DNA of 64,000 nucleotides. It comes from an uncultured Ignavibacteria bacterium. Its GTDB lineage: Bacteria > Zixibacteria > MSB-5A5 > RBG-16-43-9. Under the pieces are notes generated by a model. It was not told where the DNA came from and searched no databases. It saw nothing but the letters and a program-made list of their open reading frames with translations. A program made the position numbers and the translations under genes. The stretch spans positions 19,345-83,344 of the forward strand of contig CAZMZF010000010.1 of the NCBI GenBank assembly GCA_964570765.1, written 5' to 3'. Shown here piece after piece: positions 58,379-64,000 of the stretch (position 1 is the stretch's first letter; each line of letters starts with the position of its first letter).

Positions 58379-59353
58379 GTGATCAAAACAACCGTAGTGG
58401 GCAGTTACCCAAAAATAAGCTCGGATAAGAACGTTCCCAATCTGAGAAATGTTTTGAACCAGTTTGAGCAGAATAAGATCTCAGAAGAAAAGTTAGAAGA
58501 GGTTTATAAGGCTACCATTATAAGGGTTTTAAAAGAACAGGAGAATGCTGGAATCGATATTATCACTGATGGACAGATAAGATGGGATGATCTTTTAACC
58601 CCTTTGGCCAGGAACATAGAAGGGTGTGAAATAAATGGACTTTTAAGATTTTTCGATAACAATTTTTATTACCGCAAGCCAGTAATTAACTTTAAAATGG
58701 TCTTTAAAGATTTTACTACTCTTGAGGACTTCAAGTTCGCCAGAGCCAATTCTAATAAAAGCTTGAAAGTAGTTCTGCCAGGTTGTTTGACTTTTTCAGG
58801 ATTATCCCTGGATGAATATTATAAAGATTTAATGAGCTTTGGAATGGACTATAGTCAGATTTTACAAAAAGAGATTCAGAGATTAGACATGGAGGGAGTA
58901 GAATATATCCAGTTAGATGAACCTTCATTATGCTTCGTCCCCCAGGAGATCAACTTACTGAAAGAAAGTCTAAGGACCATTTTTTCAGGTATAAAAGCTA
59001 AAACTATTCTTTTTTTATATTTCGGAAAAATAAAAAATCTAATACCTGAGCTTTTCGATCTACCGGTTGATATAATCGGGATTGATCTGGTAAGCAAACC
59101 TGAGAATCTATCTTTTATCTTAGAAACTGATTTAAAAAAAGAACTGATCCTGGGCTGTTTAGATGCCCGGAATACCAAGATGGAAGATGAAAAGGAGATC
59201 CTCAAGCTCATTGAGAAAGTCTCCAAAAAGATTCCTTCTGAGAAAATCTATATCAGCCCCTCCTGCGGACTTGAATTTTTACCACATGAAAATGCCTTGA
59301 AGAAATTAAAACTTCTATCTTCCATTGCATACAGGTTTAATCATATTGGCTAA
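58379..59353 (+). CDS. Core MetE-like methyltransferase (cobalamin-independent methionine synthase C-terminal domain family)
   Basis: Conserved TTVVGSYPK N-terminal signature. UroD/MetE TIM-barrel pattern. Length about 324 aa. Confidence 0.65.
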   Translation: MIKTTVVGSYPKISSDKNVPNLRNVLNQFEQNKISEEKLEEVYKATIIRVLKEQENAGIDIITDGQIRWDDLLTPLARNIEGCEINGLLRFFDNNFYYRKPVINFKMVFKDFTTLEDFKFARANSNKSLKVVLPGCLTFSGLSLDEYYKDLMSFGMDYSQILQKEIQRLDMEGVEYIQLDEPSLCFVPQEINLLKESLRTIFSGIKAKTILFLYFGKIKNLIPELFDLPVDIIGIDLVSKPENLSFILETDLKKELILGCLDARNTKMEDEKEILKLIEKVSKKIPSEKIYISPSCGLEFLPHENALKKLKLLSSIAYRFNHIG

Positions 59354-59420
59354 AATATTCTAAAGAAGAGATACTTCGTCCGCCTTTAGCGGAGTCGGTA
59401 TGACAAAATAAAATAAGACT

Positions 59421-59502
59421 GTCATTTTGAGGGAGTCCCGCCTTTGGCGGGACGACCGAAGAATCCGTATACAGATTCTTCGCCCTACGGGCTCAGAATG
59501 AC
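59421..59502. repeat. Repeat family A, copy 5 (immediately 5' of the second MetE-like gene)
   Basis: Nearly identical to copy 4: GTCATTTTGAGGGAGTCCCGCCTTTGGCGGGACGACCGAAGAATCCGTA...GCCCTACGGGCTCAGAATGAC. Confidence 0.6.
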
Positions 59503-59516
59503 AAAGAGGAGAGAAG

Positions 59517-60482
59517 ATGCTTCTAACTACAAGTGTGGGGAGCTTCCCCAAACCAGATTACTTAGCTAAAGCACGAACCCAGTTTTCACGAAATGAAATT
59601 ACAGAAGAGGAATTACATCTTTTAGAGAAAAAGGCTATAGCTGAGGTCATAAAATTCCAGGAGGAGATAGGCATAGATATACTTGTCCATGGTGAGATGG
59701 AAAGGGGGGATATGACCACTTATTTTGCGGAAATATTAGAAGGTTTCGGTATAAGCGGACTGGTTCGATCTTATGGGAATAGATATTATCGTAAACCTGT
59801 GGTTTTGAGTGAGGTAAAAAGAAAAAAGCCGATGACAGTGGAAACCTTTAGGTATGCTCAGAGCTTGACTCCAAAACCAGTTAAAGGTATGCTCACCGGA
59901 CCTTACACTATGATGGACTGGTCCTTTAATGAGTATTATCCATCCAGAAAAGATACGGCTTTAGCTTTAGCTGAAGTGATTCATCAGGAAGTTTTCGATT
60001 TAGAAAAAGCCGGAGCTAAATATATTCAAATAGATGAGCCCGCCTTATCCACGCGTCCAGAGGAGATAGATTTAGCCATAGCGGCCATGGCTATTGTTAC
60101 CAGAGGGATAAAAGCAAAAACTATCAGCCATATCTGCTATGGCGATTTCTCTAAAATCTATCCAAGACTTTTAGATTTTCCGGTTGACCAGTTAGACCTG
60201 GAATTCGCCAACAGCAACTTCTCCAATTTAAACCTATTCAGAGAACCTAAATTTACCAAGGAGATTGCAGTCGGAGTCATAGATGTCCACAGTCACAAAA
60301 TCGAAACTAAAGAACAGGTAAAAGCCAATATTAAAAAAGCTTTAGAAGTTTTTCCCTTAGAGAAGGTCTATATCGACCCGGATTGCGGACTTAAAACCAG
60401 AACCGTAGAAGAAGCCCAGGCAAAGCTTAAAGTAATGGTTGAAGCAGTGAGGGAGGTCAAGCAAGAGTTGGGAATAAAATAA
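59517..60482 (+). CDS. Core MetE-like methyltransferase, second tandem paralog
   Basis: TTSVGSFPKP signature and the Zn-ligand region (HxCYG...CGL). Confidence 0.7.
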   Translation: MLLTTSVGSFPKPDYLAKARTQFSRNEITEEELHLLEKKAIAEVIKFQEEIGIDILVHGEMERGDMTTYFAEILEGFGISGLVRSYGNRYYRKPVVLSEVKRKKPMTVETFRYAQSLTPKPVKGMLTGPYTMMDWSFNEYYPSRKDTALALAEVIHQEVFDLEKAGAKYIQIDEPALSTRPEEIDLAIAAMAIVTRGIKAKTISHICYGDFSKIYPRLLDFPVDQLDLEFANSNFSNLNLFREPKFTKEIAVGVIDVHSHKIETKEQVKANIKKALEVFPLEKVYIDPDCGLKTRTVEEAQAKLKVMVEAVREVKQELGIK

Positions 60483-60515
60483 GCAAGGAGCTAGTAGCAG
60501 GGAGCTTGGAGCTTA

Positions 60516-60890
60516 ATGAGTAAAGATTATACCAAATTAAGGGTTTGGGAATTGGCTGACAAATTGGCTATAATGGTTTATCAATTGACAAAGTCTTTTC
60601 CTAAATCAGAAATCTTTGGATTAACCTCTCAAATGAGGAGATCCGCCATATCGGTTCCAGCAAATATCGCAGAAGGTTCAGGCAGAAAATACCAGAAAGA
60701 ACTACTTCAATTTCTATATATTTCCTCATCTTCTTTAAAGGAACTTTCTTACTATATCCATATATCCAAAATTTTGAGTTATTTTAATAAAGAAGACTAC
60801 GAAAAAGTTTATTCTCTATCCGAAGAAACCAGTAGAGTTTTAAGAGGTTTGATTAACAAAATTGAGAGAGATTTGAATAATAGCTCTTAG
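60516..60890 (+). CDS. Four-helix-bundle protein (TIGR02436 family, the type often encoded in 23S rRNA intervening sequences)
   Basis: Typical size and pattern (LRVWELA...QMRRSAISVPANIAEG...). Confidence 0.65.
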   Translation: MSKDYTKLRVWELADKLAIMVYQLTKSFPKSEIFGLTSQMRRSAISVPANIAEGSGRKYQKELLQFLYISSSSLKELSYYIHISKILSYFNKEDYEKVYSLSEETSRVLRGLINKIERDLNNSS

Positions 60891-60924
60891 CTAAAAGCTA
60901 CTAGCTACAAGCTATCAGCTAAAA

Positions 60925-62754
60925 ATGAATCTATTTTTAGAAAAGCTTCAAAAAGGTACCCTGCTCTGCGATGGGGCAATGGGAACTCTGCTCTATACCA
61001 GGGGAGTTTCTTATTACCAGTGCTTTGATGAGCTGAACCTTTCCAACCCTAAGGTGGTTCAGAGAGTCCATCAGGATTATATCAAAGCTGGAGCAGAGAT
61101 AATTGAAACCAATACTTTTGGCGCAAACCGTTTTAAATTAGCATCTCACGGATTTGAAGAGAAAGTCAGGGAGATAAACCTGAGGGGTGCAAAAATAGCA
61201 CGTGAAGCCAGAGAAATAGAGGGAAGAGATATCTTTGTAGCCGGCTCAATCGGACCGATAGGGCAGAGGATTTATCCATTCGGGGAGATAACTTTAAAGC
61301 AAGTTCGGGAGGCTTATTTAGAGCAGGCAGAAGGACTTTTAGAAGGCGGGGTGGATTTATTCATCGTTGAGACCATATCTGATCTCAGGGAGATGAAAGA
61401 AGCTGTCTCTGCCATCCGGAGTACCTGCCAGCTCCCGATTATGGCTTCGATGACCTTTGGAGAGGATGGGAAAACCCTGATGGGAAACACTCCGGAAGAG
61501 GTAGCTGAGGTTTTAGATAAGTTAGAAGTTGAGGTAATCGGAGCTAATTGCAGTGTTGGTCCTTTGAAGATGTATGAGGTGATCCAGATAATGAAAAGCA
61601 AGACTCAAAAATTCATCTCAGCCCAGCCCAATGCAGGTTTACCTCATTTTGTAGAGGGGAGATACATCTATCTTACCTCGCCAGAGTATATGGCTGAATA
61701 TACCGAGAGATTCATTCGAGCTGGAGTAAATATCGTAGGTGGATGCTGTGGCACAACACCTGAACATATAAAGATGATGTCTCAGGTTATTAAAAAATTG
61801 AATTCCGGGATAACCTCCAAAACTGAGCCTGATATCTTTTTGGAAGAGGAGGTCGAAGAGGAAAAAATAGAAACCCCTCTAATGGAGCTTTCACCTTTTG
61901 CCCGGAATCTCGGTAAGAAATTTCTGGTCTCAGTAGAAATCGACCCGCCAAAAGGGACCAATCCAGAGAAGATAATTCAGGTAGCTGAGAAGCTGAAGAA
62001 AAGCGGAATCGATGCGGTCAATATCGCTGATAGCCCCATGGCAAAGGTAAGGATGGGCTGTCTCTCCCTGGCTTATCTTTTAAGAGAAAAGACCGGGATA
62101 GATGTTATTCTCCATTTAACCTGTAGAGATAGGAATTTAATGGGGCTGCAATCAGACCTTATAGGAGCACATGCTCTGGGCATAAGAAATATCTTGGCTA
62201 TCACCGGTGACCCACCCAGTCTGGGCGATTATCCTCATATGACCGCAGTCTATGACGTTGACTCTATCGGTTTGGTAAAGATTATCCAGAAACTGAATTC
62301 AGGAACAGACTGGGCTGGAAACTCCATCGGCACACCCACCTCTTTTTTCGCCGGAGTTGGAGTTGACCCCAATGCTGAAGACTGGGATAGGGAGTTAGAC
62401 CGGCTCAGAGAAAAGGAAAAAGCCGGTGCAAATTTCATATTCACCCAGCCGCTTTATGATTTAGAGACCCTGGAGAGATTTTTCAGAAGAATAGAAGGAA
62501 TAAAACTGCCAATTTTCATAGGATTACTCCCATTACAAAGCACAAGACACACGGAATTCCTCCACAACGAAGTCCCCGGAATCAGAATCCCGGATAAGAT
62601 AAGGGAGAGAATGAAACAGGCAGGGGAGAGGGGCGCAGAAGAAGGAGTAAGAATCTGCAAAGAGCTTCTAAAAGAGGCAAAATCCTTAGTTTCCGGGGTA
62701 TATTTAATTCCTTCTTTTGGTAGATTTGAGCAGGTTTTAGAGGTTATTGAATAG
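60925..62754 (+). CDS. yitJ: Bifunctional homocysteine S-methyltransferase / 5,10-methylene-THF reductase (YitJ-like)
   Basis: N-terminal Hcy-binding pterin-methyltransferase domain (LLCDGAMGT...ETNTF). C-terminal MetF-like TIM barrel (AVNIADSPMAKVRM...LHLTCRD). Confidence 0.8.
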   Translation: MNLFLEKLQKGTLLCDGAMGTLLYTRGVSYYQCFDELNLSNPKVVQRVHQDYIKAGAEIIETNTFGANRFKLASHGFEEKVREINLRGAKIAREAREIEGRDIFVAGSIGPIGQRIYPFGEITLKQVREAYLEQAEGLLEGGVDLFIVETISDLREMKEAVSAIRSTCQLPIMASMTFGEDGKTLMGNTPEEVAEVLDKLEVEVIGANCSVGPLKMYEVIQIMKSKTQKFISAQPNAGLPHFVEGRYIYLTSPEYMAEYTERFIRAGVNIVGGCCGTTPEHIKMMSQVIKKLNSGITSKTEPDIFLEEEVEEEKIETPLMELSPFARNLGKKFLVSVEIDPPKGTNPEKIIQVAEKLKKSGIDAVNIADSPMAKVRMGCLSLAYLLREKTGIDVILHLTCRDRNLMGLQSDLIGAHALGIRNILAITGDPPSLGDYPHMTAVYDVDSIGLVKIIQKLNSGTDWAGNSIGTPTSFFAGVGVDPNAEDWDRELDRLREKEKAGANFIFTQPLYDLETLERFFRRIEGIKLPIFIGLLPLQSTRHTEFLHNEVPGIRIPDKIRERMKQAGERGAEEGVRICKELLKEAKSLVSGVYLIPSFGRFEQVLEVIE

Positions 62755-63074
62755 ATGGTAGGGGCATCACGCCAAAGGCGGATGCCCCTACAAAAAACCG
62801 TAGCGTCGGGTTTCACGCCCGACGAAGTAAACGTAGGGCAAGGCTTTTAGCCTTGCTTTTGTATTTCGTGGTGCGATCCCGCCAGAGGCGGGGTCGCTGT
62901 AGGGACAGAACATTGTTCTGTCCTATATTTATGGTAAATCTCGCTACACGACAAAGAGACGCATGCTATGCGTCTCTACATCTTTGAACCTCACCCTGAC
63001 CCTCTCCTTGGAAAGGAGAGGAGATAACGTTTGCGTAAACGCGTAGGGGAGGAGCTATACTCCTCCCAGACCCA

Positions 63075-63836
63075 CTATTTAAAAATTTCTATTATTTGGT
63101 TCTTGTCCAGGTTATAAGGGGTGAAATTCCGTTTTTTCATATCATAATCATATCGATATCCCTTGTAGTCTGGGAAGTTCAAACCAAAGCTGGGCCAATC
63201 ATATGTGATAACGACTAAAATCCAGAAGTCATCGTTGAGGATTTTATCTGTAAACTCTATAAAGGTCTGTTCACCACCTTTTTTTGATATTTTGGTTATC
63301 TCATGATAGGAAAAGTCTTTTTGTTGATCCGGGAACTTACAAAAAATTGATACTTTCATATTCTCAGCATCTGAATTTCCTTTGTTTATAAGTTTGATTC
63401 GTATAAACGTTACCGTGTCAGTAACTGTTATCTCTCCAGCAGATATTGATATGTTTGGACGATCCGCGTCTATTTTTATTTTTCTTTCAAACACTGATTG
63501 CTCAACATCCGCCTTAAACTGTTTAAGCTTTAAATCAAAATCATTTTCTGCTAATTTAAATTCCCTTCTTGCTATAGCAATACTGGTATCCATTCTCTCA
63601 ACTGAGGCTCTAAACAGATCAATATTCTCCCATCCCTGTTTAATAGTTTCTTTCATTATGGTATACTGGTAAATCATGACCCCTAAAACAAAAACTGCGG
63701 CAATGAAGGTTAAAAATTCTACAGTTGATTTAACAGATCCAAAAATCCTTCTTGGTTTTGTTACCCACGACCCGCATTGATGGCACTTTTTTGCACCATC
63801 CTGTATCTGTTCTTTACAGTGGGGACATATAGCCAT
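63075..63836 (-). CDS. Hypothetical membrane-anchored protein with an N-terminal zinc ribbon
   Basis: CPHC...CHQC double-CxxC zinc ribbon, one TM helix, and a C-terminal domain of unknown function. Confidence 0.4.
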   Translation of the reverse strand: MAICPHCKEQIQDGAKKCHQCGSWVTKPRRIFGSVKSTVEFLTFIAAVFVLGVMIYQYTIMKETIKQGWENIDLFRASVERMDTSIAIARREFKLAENDFDLKLKQFKADVEQSVFERKIKIDADRPNISISAGEITVTDTVTFIRIKLINKGNSDAENMKVSIFCKFPDQQKDFSYHEITKISKKGGEQTFIEFTDKILNDDFWILVVITYDWPSFGLNFPDYKGYRYDYDMKKRNFTPYNLDKNQIIEIFK

Positions 63837-64000
63837 TTTTTGTTGTCCTAGCTTCGATTTTTATTTACACTAAACACTGTTCCTTATAAACCCTCTGCAA
63901 CAAGTTATATAAACATAAAATAGAAGTCAATTTTAAATTTAGAAAAGTTAAAAACCTTTTTCGTCGATTAGGCAAATAAACGTCCTATAATAGATATTCC

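Noticed and set aside
1-64000. A CRISPR array as the explanation for the many intergenic palindromes.
   Set aside because: The repeats are dispersed singly or in heterogeneous clusters in different intergenic regions. They are not regularly spaced identical direct repeats with unique spacers, and no cas genes are present.

Overview
This is an AT-rich bacterial chromosomal segment in which nearly every gene lies on the + strand. Two features stand out: a roughly 4.2 kb compositionally distinct block after tRNA-Pro(GGG) holding a HEPN-motif protein, and intergenic regions saturated with several families of palindromic REP- or MITE-like repeats. Reading left to right, the window holds: the 3' end of sbcD plus sbcC; an orphan sigma-54 (NtrC-type) response regulator; a secreted S8 protease ending in a tandem dockerin-like module; a complete type IV pilus assembly locus (four minor pilin-like genes followed by pilM-N-O-P-Q); manC-like, tsaC/yrdC, an LMW phosphotyrosine phosphatase, a deoxyhypusine-synthase-like gene, bifunctional formiminotransferase-cyclodeaminase and PHP phosphoesterases; two paralogous secreted HEXXH proteins (one with a T9SS-type C-terminal sorting domain, one with a tandem dockerin); a TonB-receptor-like outer membrane protein, MFS transporter and HD hydrolase; dinB; a beta-helix protein with a T9SS-type C-terminal domain; archaeal-type FBP aldolase/phosphatase; tRNA-Gly(CCC); a DUF512 radical-SAM gene; der, plsY and gpsA; a MerR regulator and tRNA-Pro(GGG); the post-tRNA block, which also carries membrane proteins and two reading frames each broken by a single in-frame stop; then GT2, surE, an RRM glycine-rich RNA-binding protein, tRNA-Pro(CGG), a LOG/TIGR00725-like gene, acylphosphatase, apt, tRNA-Arg(CCT), a FadL/PorV-like outer membrane protein, a TPR protein, GH57, two tandem core-MetE-like genes, a four-helix-bundle gene and a YitJ-like homocysteine methyltransferase/MTHFR fusion. 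I saw no transposase, integrase or CRISPR array. The gene content (T9SS-type C-terminal domains, GH57, class V FBPase, DUF512) suggests an uncultivated FCB-superphylum-like lineage, but that is inference only.
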